A stretch of 64,000 nucleotides of DNA from Gaiellaceae bacterium (GTDB lineage Bacteria; Actinomycetota; Thermoleophilia; Gaiellales; Gaiellaceae). Below are positions 23,082 through 31,327 of the stretch, piece after piece. The stretch spans positions 8,233 to 72,232 of the forward strand of contig DASPGT010000037.1 in NCBI GenBank assembly GCA_035620475.1, read 5' to 3'. The notes beneath the pieces were generated by a model. That model was not told the DNA's origin. It was given only the letters and a program-made list of their open reading frames with translations, and made no database searches. The position numbers and the translations under genes were made by a program. Within the stretch, counting starts at the first letter, position 1. Each line of letters opens with the position of its first letter.

Positions 23082-23462
23082 ATGGCCTCCCGGGAAGCTC
23101 GCCGACCCGCACGGCGCGCCGGCGCGAAGGCGCGGCGCTCCTCGCGCTCGAAGCGCGCGCTGCGCTGGATCGCGGTCGTCGTCCTGCTCGCGGCGGCCGT
23201 GGGCTACGTCCAGCCGCTGCGCGCCTATCGCGACGCGTCGGCCGACGTGGCCGCGCGCCGGGCGCAGATCGAGCGGGTCGAGCGGACGAACGCCGAGCTC
23301 GAGCGGCGCATCGAGGAGGCGGGGACGCCCGAGTTCGTCGAGCGCGAGGCCCGGAAGCTGAGCCTCGTGAAGCCGGGCGAGCGCCTCTACATCGTCACCG
23401 GGATCGACCGGTGGAAGCACGAGCGCCGCGCCCGGGCGAGGGCGAAGGCCGGGTTACGATGA
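23082..23462 (+). CDS. ftsB: Septum formation initiator (FtsB/DivIC family)
   Basis: Basic N-terminus, single TM (WIAVVVLLAAAVGYV), coiled coil RRAQIERVERTNAELERRIEE, then EFVEREARKLSLVKPGE. It sits in the conserved position after eno. Confidence 0.8.
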   Translation: MASREARRPARRAGAKARRSSRSKRALRWIAVVVLLAAAVGYVQPLRAYRDASADVAARRAQIERVERTNAELERRIEEAGTPEFVEREARKLSLVKPGERLYIVTGIDRWKHERRARARAKAGLR

Positions 23463-23466
23463 TCTG

Positions 23467-23943
23467 GTGGACGACCGATCGGTGGTCTCGTGGCAGCTCG
23501 GACGGCCGGCCCGCACGTTCCGGCGGGTGGCGGTCCGCTGTCCGTACGGCTTTCCCGCGGTTACCGAGCAGGCGCCGTACGGGCCGGACGGCGAGCCCTT
23601 CCCGACGACCTTCTACCTGACCTGTCCCTGGCTCGTCGCCGCGATCTCGCGCCTGGAGGCGGCGGGCGGCGTGGAGCGCTGGTCACGGGCCGCGGCGGAC
23701 GACCCGCTCCTGGGCGAGAGCCTCGCGCGGGCCGACGAGGAGCAGCGCGAGCTCCGGCCGGAGCTCGACGTCGGGATCGGCGGGACGCGGTCGCGGGCGA
23801 ACCTCAAGTGCCTGCACGCGCACGCGGCGTTCGCGCTCGCCCGGCCGGGCTACGAGCTGGGCGAGCGGGTGCTCGCGGAGGCCGGCGAGCGCTGGTGCCC
23901 GGACGCGCGCTGCGAGCGGGCGGCCGAGGCGGTGGCGCGGTGA
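23467..23943 (+). CDS. DUF501-domain protein
   Basis: VSWQLGR...VAVRCPYGFP...PFPTTFYLTCPWL...LKCLHAH matches my recollection of the DUF501 family, which follows ftsB/divIC in actinobacteria. Confidence 0.8.
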   Translation: MDDRSVVSWQLGRPARTFRRVAVRCPYGFPAVTEQAPYGPDGEPFPTTFYLTCPWLVAAISRLEAAGGVERWSRAAADDPLLGESLARADEEQRELRPELDVGIGGTRSRANLKCLHAHAAFALARPGYELGERVLAEAGERWCPDARCERAAEAVAR

Positions 23944-24254
23944 TGCTCGAGACGGCGCGCCAGCAGTGGGACGAGGGCCTGCGCCGGCTCGACGACGTCG
24001 GCGCGGAGACGGCCCGCGGGAGGCACCTCTGGCTCCTCGTCGAGGCCGTGGTCGCCGAGCTGCGGCGCCGCGTGGGCCAGACCTACACCCTCGCCGAGCT
24101 GGCGCGTGCTTACGACGGCGCCGAGGACTGGGTTCGCGACGTCGTCCTCGAGTCGGCGCCGCCGAAGGCTCGCGCCGGGATCCGGGACGTCGCCCTGGTC
24201 CAGGACGCCGCCTTCGCCCACTACGCCCGCGGAGCGAGCGACTACCGCCCGTGA
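23943..24254 (+). CDS. Hypothetical protein (103 aa)
   Basis: The ATG overlaps the DUF501 stop by 1 nt. Very high GC3. No motif recognised. Confidence 0.55.
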   Translation: MLETARQQWDEGLRRLDDVGAETARGRHLWLLVEAVVAELRRRVGQTYTLAELARAYDGAEDWVRDVVLESAPPKARAGIRDVALVQDAAFAHYARGASDYRP

Positions 24255-24508
24255 GCTCGGGCGCCCCCGTCTCCTCGCGGACGCGCGAGCGCGAGCGGCG
24301 CCGCCGCGCGTCGCCCTCCCGCCGGATCCTCCTCTGGATCCTCAGGCTGGCCGTCGTCGGGGCCGTCTTCGTGGCCGGCCTCGCCATCGGCCGGGCACTC
24401 GAGGACGCCCCGGCACCGGGCGGGACCCAGACGATCGTCCGCACCCTGGAGCCCCTGACGGTCGAGCCCTCGGAGCGCACGGTGACCGTCACGACCTCCG
24501 GCGGGTGA
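24251..24508 (+). CDS. Hypothetical single-pass membrane protein (85 aa)
   Basis: The GTG overlaps the preceding stop (GTGA). Arg-rich N-terminus followed by TM ILLWILRLAVVGAVFVAGLAI. High GC3. Confidence 0.5.
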   Translation: MSSGAPVSSRTRERERRRRASPSRRILLWILRLAVVGAVFVAGLAIGRALEDAPAPGGTQTIVRTLEPLTVEPSERTVTVTTSGG

Positions 24509-24577
24509 ACGGCAGAACTGGCCGCCTGACCAGGGAAAAGAAAGGGCAGGATTTGGTAGCTTTTTTGGTTGCGGCCC

Positions 24578-25177
24578 ATGAAGAACGACCGACAGCGCGA
24601 GTCCGCCGGCGCAGGTCGGGAGGCGGACGTTGGTCGGGAGTGGCTGACTCTCGGCCAGGCTGCCGCCTTCCTCGGAGCGGCGCAGAGCACCGTGCGCAAA
24701 TGGGCCGACGGCGGGCGCCTGCCGACCTTCTACACCCCCGGCGGCCACCGCCGCTTCCGGCGCGACGACCTGGAGGCCTTCCTCGCCGGGCCGCGCACGC
24801 CCCCGCGCCGGGCCGCCGCCCCCACCGTGCTCGTCGTCGACGACGACCCGGGGCTCCGTGAGTTCATCCGCGCCAACCTCGAGGCGGAGGGCTACACCGT
24901 GCGGGAGGCAGCGAGCGCGGCCGAGGGTCTCGCCGCGCTCGACGAGGGTGCGCCCGACCTGATCCTGCTCGACGTGATGATGCCGCAGATGGACGGCTGG
25001 GAGATGCTCCGCCGCGTGCAGGAGCGCCACGGGGTCGACGCGATTCAGGTGATCATGTACAGCGGCAAGCTCGAGGAGGCGGGAAAGGTGGAGGAACGCG
25101 GCGCGCAGGCGTTCATCGGCAAGCCGTTCGACCCGGGCAAGCTCCTCGCCGCGACCAGGCAGCTGCTCGGCTCCTGA
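24578..25177 (+). CDS. Response regulator with N-terminal excisionase/MerR-type HTH and C-terminal receiver domain
   Basis: WLTLGQAAAFLGAAQSTVRKWADGGRLPTFYTPGGHRRFRRDDLEAFL (HTH_17-like), then VLVVDDDPGL...DLILLDVMMPQMDG...VIMYSGK (receiver). ATG 24578 is preferred over TTG 24569. Confidence 0.8.
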   Translation: MKNDRQRESAGAGREADVGREWLTLGQAAAFLGAAQSTVRKWADGGRLPTFYTPGGHRRFRRDDLEAFLAGPRTPPRRAAAPTVLVVDDDPGLREFIRANLEAEGYTVREAASAAEGLAALDEGAPDLILLDVMMPQMDGWEMLRRVQERHGVDAIQVIMYSGKLEEAGKVEERGAQAFIGKPFDPGKLLAATRQLLGS

Positions 25178-25191
25178 TACTTGGTGGGGCC

Positions 25192-25770
25192 ATGGCGGCC
25201 TTCGTCCCGGCCGGGCTCGACCGCGACCTCTACACCTGGGTCGTCGAGCATCGCGCGGCCCCGCTCGACTGGCTCTTCGTCGCGCTCTCCGTCGTCGGCC
25301 ACGCGGGCCTGCTCTGGATCGGGCTCGCCCTCGTCCTGGCGCGCCCGGCGGGGAAGCCGGTCCTCGTCACGACGGCCGTGACCGCCGCGACCGTCTGGAC
25401 GGCCGACCTCGTCGTCCTCGGCCTCAAGGCCTCCGTCGGCCGGGAGCGGCCCTACGAGGCCGTGCCGGTGCCCGACCCGCTCGTGAGCTGGGACGTGGGC
25501 GCGTCGTTCCCCTCCGGGCACGCGGCCACGAGCGCGGCCGGCGCCGTGATCCTCGCGCACCTGCTCGGGCGCGGCGGCGTCTGGCTCGGCCTGCTCGCCG
25601 CCGCGGTCGCCTTCTCACGCGTGTACGTCGGCGTCCACTATCCGCTCGACGTCCTCGCCGGCGCGGCGATCGGGCTCGCGGTCGGCTTCACGGCCGTCCT
25701 TCTCGTCAGGCGTCTTCGCCGGCCTTCAGGAGCCCCGCCACGATCAGGAGCAGGGCCGCCAGGAGGCTGA
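25192..25770 (+). CDS. PAP2-family (phosphatidic acid / undecaprenyl-diphosphate type) phosphatase
   Basis: The three PAP2 motifs are KASVGRERP, PSGH and SRVYVGVHYPLD; multiple TM helices. Confidence 0.85.
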   Translation: MAAFVPAGLDRDLYTWVVEHRAAPLDWLFVALSVVGHAGLLWIGLALVLARPAGKPVLVTTAVTAATVWTADLVVLGLKASVGRERPYEAVPVPDPLVSWDVGASFPSGHAATSAAGAVILAHLLGRGGVWLGLLAAAVAFSRVYVGVHYPLDVLAGAAIGLAVGFTAVLLVRRLRRPSGAPPRSGAGPPGG

Positions 25771-26194
25771 GCCAGATCCCGATTCCCCGGCCGACGGACG
25801 GCTGGAAGGTCTCCGGGATGTCGATCAGGCGCACGAGGACGAGGATGGTCGCGACGAGGCCGAGGGCGGCGATCACGATGCCGTCCGGCACGCTCGGCGG
25901 CAGCTCGATGCCGAAGGCGCGCAGCGCCAGGAGGAGGAGGACGACGACGCCGACGACGAACACGAGCTTCCCGATCGTCCCCGTGTTCCAGCCGAGCACG
26001 GACAGCGTGCCGCGCACGTCGCCCGAGATCGAGTACCAGCCCATGAAGGAGCCGAGGGTGAGGACCAGCCCGCCCAGCCAGGCGAGCAGCTCGCCGGTGC
26101 GCCACAGGCCGCCGCCGCCGCCTCCTCCGCCGGCCGGGCCGGCCGCAGGGCGGGGCGGAGCGGGCCCGCCTCGACTCGCGCCCGGGCCTTCCAC
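25706..26194 (-). CDS. Hypothetical membrane protein with poly-Gly N-terminal region (about 4 TM)
   Basis: Hydrophobic, high-GC3 frame (LAWLGGLVLTLGSFMGWY, KLVFVVGVVVLLLLAL, IVIAALGLVATILVLV, IGIWLSLLAALLLIVAGLL). The start is tentative: GTG 26194, directly after the upstream stop. The 3' end overlaps PAP2 by 65 nt. Confidence 0.5.
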   Translation of the reverse strand: MEGPGASRGGPAPPRPAAGPAGGGGGGGGLWRTGELLAWLGGLVLTLGSFMGWYSISGDVRGTLSVLGWNTGTIGKLVFVVGVVVLLLLALRAFGIELPPSVPDGIVIAALGLVATILVLVRLIDIPETFQPSVGRGIGIWLSLLAALLLIVAGLLKAGEDA

Positions 26195-26196
26195 CC

Positions 26197-26415
26197 CTAG
26201 AGCCCGAACACGGAGCCGATCGTGTCCCAGATCGACAGGCTCAGGAAGAGGGTCAGGAAGACGAGGGCGCCCAGGAGCGCGAGGAAGCGGATTCCGGCGA
26301 GGTGACGCTCGCGCTGGTGCTCGTGGAGGGCGTGGCGCTTGGCCCGCTCCCGGCGCAGGCGCCGGCGCACCGCATGCGGATCGAGCGGCGGGTCGTCGGC
26401 CGGGACGTCCCTCAC
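26197..26415 (-). CDS. Hypothetical small membrane protein
   Basis: Basic region RRRLRRERAKRHALHEHQRERH followed by TM FLALLGALVFLTLFLSLSIW. Tentative GTG start at 26415. Confidence 0.4.
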   Translation of the reverse strand: MRDVPADDPPLDPHAVRRRLRRERAKRHALHEHQRERHLAGIRFLALLGALVFLTLFLSLSIWDTIGSVFGL

Positions 26416-26534
26416 CGGAACGTCCTCCCACCGGGCGCGACGGGGGGCGGGCGCAGCCACGATCCCGGATTCTTGCGGCTCCCAGCGGACGCTGCAACTC
26501 CAAGCGCCCCCTGGGCGCCCCTTCCGGGCGCGGC

Positions 26535-26549
26535 GATAATGGCCGGATG
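26535..26549 (+). promoter_or_regulatory. Candidate -10 box (GATAAT) placed for a leaderless transcript of the GAF-PP2C gene
   Basis: GATAAT at 26535-26540 ends 6 nt before ATG 26547. There is no Shine-Dalgarno sequence in between. Confidence 0.3.
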
Positions 26550-29321
26550 GAGAGGCTGGACGACCCCGCCGGAGGCCGTTCCTCGCCCGGGAGCGGGGCT
26601 CCGCCGAGCGAGGCGGCCGGGAGCGCTCTCTCGGCGTTCGCGCTCGCGGCGCTCGACCTGGTCGAGGGTGGGCCGCACGCCCGCGGCCTCGAGGAGCTCC
26701 TGCGCGCCGTCGCGCTCGGCACGGGAGCGGAGCTCGTCGTCGCGCGCCTCGCCGGCGAGGACGGGAGCCTCGTCGCGCGGGCGGTGCGTTCCACGTCGGC
26801 CGCCCTGGCCGCCGAGCTCGAGGGCGCCCGCCTGCCGGTCGCCGACGTCCCGGCACGGGAGCTCGTGCTGGACGACGCGCCCGGCGACCCCGCCGCCCCC
26901 GCCGCCGTCCGCCGGGCGGCCGCGCGCGCCGGCCTGCCGATCGTGCAGCTCTTCCCGGTCCGGGCCGGCGGCGAGGTGGTGGCACTGCTCGAGCTCTACC
27001 GCTCCGGGCTCGCCTTCGGCCCGGAGGAGGCGGCGCTGGCCCGGGCGGCCGCGGCCCACCTCGCGCTCGCCGTCAGGCTCGACCGGGAGGCCGCGAACGG
27101 GGCGAACGGTCACGCGGCGCTGTCGCGGGAGCAGCTCGGGCGCCTCGGCGAGGCGCTCGCCGCCGGGGCGGACGAGGAGGAGGCGGCGCGGCAGATCGTC
27201 TGGCTCGCCGCCGAGGCGGTGGGGGCTTCCGGGGCGACGCTCTGGCGCCTCGACCCCGACGGGTCGCCGACGCTCCTCGCCGCGCGCGGGTTCGGCGCCG
27301 CCGCGCCCGACCTGGTCGAGGCGGCCGAGAGCGTCAGGCAGGCGCTCGAGGGGGGCGGCCGCGAGCCCGTTCGGAGCGGCTCCTGGCTCCTCCACACGAT
27401 CCCTCTCGGCGACCCGCCGGCCGCGGCCCTCAGGCTCGCCTTCGACGCTGACGAGGAGGCCGACCCGGGGCTCGACCGGCTGTCGCCGTTCGACGTCGGC
27501 GCCGCCCTGGCGCTCCGGCGCAGCCGCCACGCTGCCGAGGTCGAGCTCGCGCTGCGCCGGTCGCAGACCCTGACCGCGGTCGTCGGCCAGGCGATCGCGG
27601 AGCTCTCGCTCGCCCACACGCTCGAGACCGCCGTCGAGCGCGTCGCTGAGCTTGCCGCGAGCCGGCAGGTGGCCGTCTACCTCCGCGAGGAGGGCGGCCT
27701 CGTCTCCCCGGCCTCACGCGGCCTGCGCGGGCCCCACGCCGAGCTCGCCGAGCGGCTGCTCGAGCTCGCCCTCGGGCCGTTCCGCAGCCGTGGCTTCCTC
27801 TTCGTCGAGGACCTCCGCGCCGACCCGCGGCTGGCCGGCCTCGAAGGAGCGGTCGAGGAGAGCGGCGTCAGGCGCGCGCTCTTCATCCCGCTGCTCGTCC
27901 ACGACGAGGCGATCGGCGCTCTCGCCGTCTACCGCCGCCGCCCGCGCCCCTACCGGGAGGGGGAGGAGGGCCTGCTCCTGGCGATCGCCCGCCAGCTCGC
28001 CGTCGCGGTGCAGAACGCGCGCCTCCACGAGCGGACGAAGGAGCTCTCGGCCGTCCTCGAGCGGACGCTCGAGTCCGAGCGGCTGGCCGCCCGCCAGCTC
28101 CGCGGCCTCTACGCCGTCTCGCAGTCCTTCGCCGAGAGCCTGTCGCTGGACGCGACCCTCGACGGCGTCGCCCGCGCCATGGTCGAGCTGCTCGACGCCG
28201 ACGCCGCCGTCATCCGCATGCCCGACCCGCGGGGCGAGGTCCTGAGCGCCCGGGCCGTCCACGTCGCCGACCCGGCGAGGGCGGAGGTCCTCGCCGCCCT
28301 CGTCGCCCGCCCGCAGCCGCTCTCGGCTCCGCTCGCCCGGCGGCTGCTCCGCTCGAAGCAGCCGGTGGAGCTCCGGCCGGGAGCGGTGGCGCTCGAGGAC
28401 GCCCACCGCGTCCTCGAGCCGTTCCTGCACCGGGGGGCCACGGCGGCCGTCCTTCCGCTGGCGACCCCGGGGGAGGTGCTCGGGACGCTCACGATCGTCT
28501 CGTTCGACCCGGGGCGGCCCGTGGACCGGCCCGGGATCGACGCGGCGGTGGCCGCGGCCGCGCAGGCCGCGCTCGCCATCGACAACGCCCGCCTGTACCA
28601 GCAGCAGAAGGACTTCGCCGAGACGATGCAGCGCTCGCTCCTCCCGCGCGACCTCCCGCGGGTTCCCGGGCTGGAGATCGGCCACGTCTACCAGTCCTCG
28701 GCCCGGGTCGACGTCGGCGGCGACCTCTACGACTTCGTCGTGCTCGAGGACGGGCGGCTGGCCGTCGCGATCGGCGACGTCCTCGGCAAGGGGATCTCGG
28801 CGGCGGCCGACATGGCCATGGCGAAGTACGTCTTCCGCGTGCTCGCCCGGGGGGGCGAGGGGCCCGCCGCGTTCCTGCGCAGCGCCAACGACGTCGCGTG
28901 CGAGGAGATCGAGCCGGGGAAGTTCGTCACGCTGCTCGCGGTCCTCGTCGACCCGGCCGGGCGCGAGGTCGCGGCGGCGAGCGCCGGCCACCATCCCGCG
29001 CGGATCGTCGGCCCCCGCGGGAACGTCACCTCGCTCGGCGCCACCGGGCTCCCGCTCGGGATCGAGCCGAACCAGTCGTACCCGGAGCAGCGGGCCCTCC
29101 TCGAGCCCGGGTCGGTGGTGGTGCTCTACACGGACGGCGTCGTCGAGGCGCGGCGAAGCTCCGAGCTCTACGGCGTCGAGCGGCTCGACCGGCTCGTCGC
29201 CGATGGGCGCGGGCTTCCGCCGCAGGAGCTGGCCGCGGAGATCCTCGCCGACTGCCGGGCGTTCGCCGGCGGCGAGCTCGCCGACGACTGCGCCATCGTG
29301 TGCCTGAAGCTGGCACGCTGA
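26547..29321 (+). CDS. Multi-GAF domain PP2C-family (SpoIIE/RsbU-type) serine/threonine phosphatase
   Basis: About 650 aa of repeated GAF-like modules (for example ...RALFIPLLVHDEAIGALAVY..., ...TAAVLPLATPGEVLGTLTIVS...). C-terminal PP2C motifs are MQRSLLPRDLP..., GGDLYDF, AIGDVLGKGISAA and VVVLYTDGVVEA. Start at ATG 26547. Confidence 0.85.
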   Translation: MERLDDPAGGRSSPGSGAPPSEAAGSALSAFALAALDLVEGGPHARGLEELLRAVALGTGAELVVARLAGEDGSLVARAVRSTSAALAAELEGARLPVADVPARELVLDDAPGDPAAPAAVRRAAARAGLPIVQLFPVRAGGEVVALLELYRSGLAFGPEEAALARAAAAHLALAVRLDREAANGANGHAALSREQLGRLGEALAAGADEEEAARQIVWLAAEAVGASGATLWRLDPDGSPTLLAARGFGAAAPDLVEAAESVRQALEGGGREPVRSGSWLLHTIPLGDPPAAALRLAFDADEEADPGLDRLSPFDVGAALALRRSRHAAEVELALRRSQTLTAVVGQAIAELSLAHTLETAVERVAELAASRQVAVYLREEGGLVSPASRGLRGPHAELAERLLELALGPFRSRGFLFVEDLRADPRLAGLEGAVEESGVRRALFIPLLVHDEAIGALAVYRRRPRPYREGEEGLLLAIARQLAVAVQNARLHERTKELSAVLERTLESERLAARQLRGLYAVSQSFAESLSLDATLDGVARAMVELLDADAAVIRMPDPRGEVLSARAVHVADPARAEVLAALVARPQPLSAPLARRLLRSKQPVELRPGAVALEDAHRVLEPFLHRGATAAVLPLATPGEVLGTLTIVSFDPGRPVDRPGIDAAVAAAAQAALAIDNARLYQQQKDFAETMQRSLLPRDLPRVPGLEIGHVYQSSARVDVGGDLYDFVVLEDGRLAVAIGDVLGKGISAAADMAMAKYVFRVLARGGEGPAAFLRSANDVACEEIEPGKFVTLLAVLVDPAGREVAAASAGHHPARIVGPRGNVTSLGATGLPLGIEPNQSYPEQRALLEPGSVVVLYTDGVVEARRSSELYGVERLDRLVADGRGLPPQELAAEILADCRAFAGGELADDCAIVCLKLAR

Positions 29322-29325
29322 GCGG

Positions 29326-30891
29326 GTGACGACCGCCTCGGACGCCGCCGCGCCGCCCGTCGTCTACGCGTCCGTCGGGCGGGCGCGTCTCGGCGTCGTC
29401 GTCTTCACCGCCGGCGCCGCCACGCTGGCCACCGAGATCGCCGCCTCACGGCTCCTCGCGCCGTACTTCGGCAGCTCGACGATCGTCTGGGCGAACATCA
29501 TCGGGCTCATCCTCCTGTACCTCTCGATCGGCTACTGGCTCGGGGGGAAGGTGGCCGACCGCCGGCCGGACCCCCGGCTCCTCGGCTGGATGATCCTGGG
29601 CGCGGCCGGGGCCGTGGCCGTGACGCCGTTCGTCGCGCGGCCGATCCTCGAAGTCGCCCTGCGCGGGCTCGACGCCGTCTCCGTGGGCGCGGTCGTCGGC
29701 TCCTTCTTCGCGGCGCTCGCGCTCTTCGCCGTCCCGATCACGCTCCTCGGCGCCGTCGCCCCGTTCGCCATCCGGCTCGCGCTCGTCGACGTCGCCGAGG
29801 CGGGCGCGGTCGCCGGCCGCCTCTACGCGCTCTCCACGGTCGGAAGCATCGTGGGGACGTTCCTGTCGGCGATCGTCACGATCCCGCTCCTCGGGACGCA
29901 GCGGACGATGCTCGGCTCCGCCGTGCTCCTCGCCCTCGCGGCCGGGCTTCTCCTCGGCACGCGCTGGCAGCTCCTGACGGTCGCCGCGGCCGGCCTCCTC
30001 CTGATTCCCGCCGGGACGATCAAGGCGAGCTCCGGCCTCCTGTTCGAGACGGAGTCCTCGTACCAGTACATCCAGATCGTCGAGCGGTCGGACGGCTCGC
30101 GCGCGCTCCGCCTGAACGAGGGCGTCGCCGTGCACTCCGTCTGGCACGAGGACTCGGTGCTCACCGGCGGCGTCTGGGACACGTTCCTGCTCGTCCCGCC
30201 CCTCCTCGACCGCCCCGTCGAGAGGATGCTCGTGATCGGCAACGCCGGCGGCACGGTTGCGCGCGCGTTCGGGGAGCTCTACCCGGACGTGGAGATCGAC
30301 GGCGTCGAGATCGACCCCGAGGTGAGCGAGGCCGCCCGGGAGTGGCTCGGGCTCGACGACAACCCGCGGCTCAACGTCATCACCGACGACGGCAGGCCGT
30401 TCCTCGAGCTGACCGACGAGACGTACGACCTCATCCTCGTGGACGCCTACCACCAGCCGTACATCCCGTTCTACCTGGCGACGCAGGAGTTCTTCGCGGC
30501 GGTGCGGGAGCATCTCCGGCCCGGCGGCGTCGTCGCCCTGAACGTGGCCGGCGTCCCCGGCGACGAGCGGCTCTCGGAGGCGATCGGAAGCACGCTCCTC
30601 GCCGAGTTCCCCGAGGCCTGGCGCTGGCGGCCGCTCCGGTTCAACGAGCTCATGCTCGGCTTCGACGAGGAGGTCGGGCGGGACACGGTCGTCGAGCGGG
30701 TCGAGGCCGCTCCCGCCGCGGTCGAGCCCCTCGTCCCCCTCTTCCAGCAGGGGCTCCGCCCGGTCGAGGCGGTCGAGCGGCCGCTGACCGACGACCGGGC
30801 GCCGGTCGAGTGGCTCACCGACCGGATGATCATCGACTTCGTCGCCCGCGGCGGCGAGCTCGACGAGGACTACCTGCCGACGCGCCCGTAG
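29326..30891 (+). CDS. Polytopic membrane domain fused to a spermidine-synthase-like (class I SAM-dependent) domain
   Basis: About 230 aa of TM helices, then VIGNAGGTVARAF...VEIDPEV...LILVDAYHQPYIPFYLATQEFF, characteristic of spermidine synthase-fold proteins. GTG start 4 nt after the phosphatase stop. Confidence 0.8.
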   Translation: MTTASDAAAPPVVYASVGRARLGVVVFTAGAATLATEIAASRLLAPYFGSSTIVWANIIGLILLYLSIGYWLGGKVADRRPDPRLLGWMILGAAGAVAVTPFVARPILEVALRGLDAVSVGAVVGSFFAALALFAVPITLLGAVAPFAIRLALVDVAEAGAVAGRLYALSTVGSIVGTFLSAIVTIPLLGTQRTMLGSAVLLALAAGLLLGTRWQLLTVAAAGLLLIPAGTIKASSGLLFETESSYQYIQIVERSDGSRALRLNEGVAVHSVWHEDSVLTGGVWDTFLLVPPLLDRPVERMLVIGNAGGTVARAFGELYPDVEIDGVEIDPEVSEAAREWLGLDDNPRLNVITDDGRPFLELTDETYDLILVDAYHQPYIPFYLATQEFFAAVREHLRPGGVVALNVAGVPGDERLSEAIGSTLLAEFPEAWRWRPLRFNELMLGFDEEVGRDTVVERVEAAPAAVEPLVPLFQQGLRPVEAVERPLTDDRAPVEWLTDRMIIDFVARGGELDEDYLPTRP

Positions 30892-31283
30892 AAGCCCCGG
30901 GCGGCGAGCGCGCCCAGGAGCGTGCCCGCGGCCAGGAGCTGCGCCCAGGCCGGCAGGCCGCCGGAGCGGTGCCAGCCCCGGACCCGGTGGCTGGGGAAGA
31001 GCTTGCGGCCTCCCGGGCGCGGGAGCGGAAGGACGTGCTCGACGTCCGGGACCGAGGCGGCGGCGGCGCCCACGACCGCCGGGTCGAGCGGCCCGCGGGA
31101 CGCGGCCAGCAGGGCGAGGGCGCCGATGCCGCTCAGCGTCTCGAAGCGGCGCGAGGCGACGTCCTGGTGGGGCACGGCGTCCCCGGCGGCGTGGGCCGCG
31201 AGGCCGAGGAGGACGGCGCGGCCGCGCGAGCCGGCGAGCGCGCCGGCGAGGCCGCCGGTGGCCACGTGGAGGGAGACGATCAC
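30870..31283 (-). CDS. Putative membrane-bound metal-dependent hydrolase (YdjM/DUF457-like)
   Basis: Small hydrophobic protein with His/Asp clusters (HAAGDAVPHQD, PDVEH, FPSH) reminiscent of DUF457. This is a weak call. Confidence 0.4.
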   Translation of the reverse strand: MIVSLHVATGGLAGALAGSRGRAVLLGLAAHAAGDAVPHQDVASRRFETLSGIGALALLAASRGPLDPAVVGAAAASVPDVEHVLPLPRPGGRKLFPSHRVRGWHRSGGLPAWAQLLAAGTLLGALAARGFYGRVGR

Positions 31284-31327
31284 CAGGGTAGGATCGCAGC
31301 CGCGGCTTCGTCTAACATCCCCAACCG

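Noticed and set aside
25818-26546. N-terminal 243 codons of the 1167-aa ORF, which would extend the GAF-PP2C protein upstream.
   Set aside because: This segment is Arg/Pro/Ser/Gly low complexity and lies antisense to two hydrophobic, coding-like membrane ORFs. A GATAAT box sits just before the internal ATG 26547.
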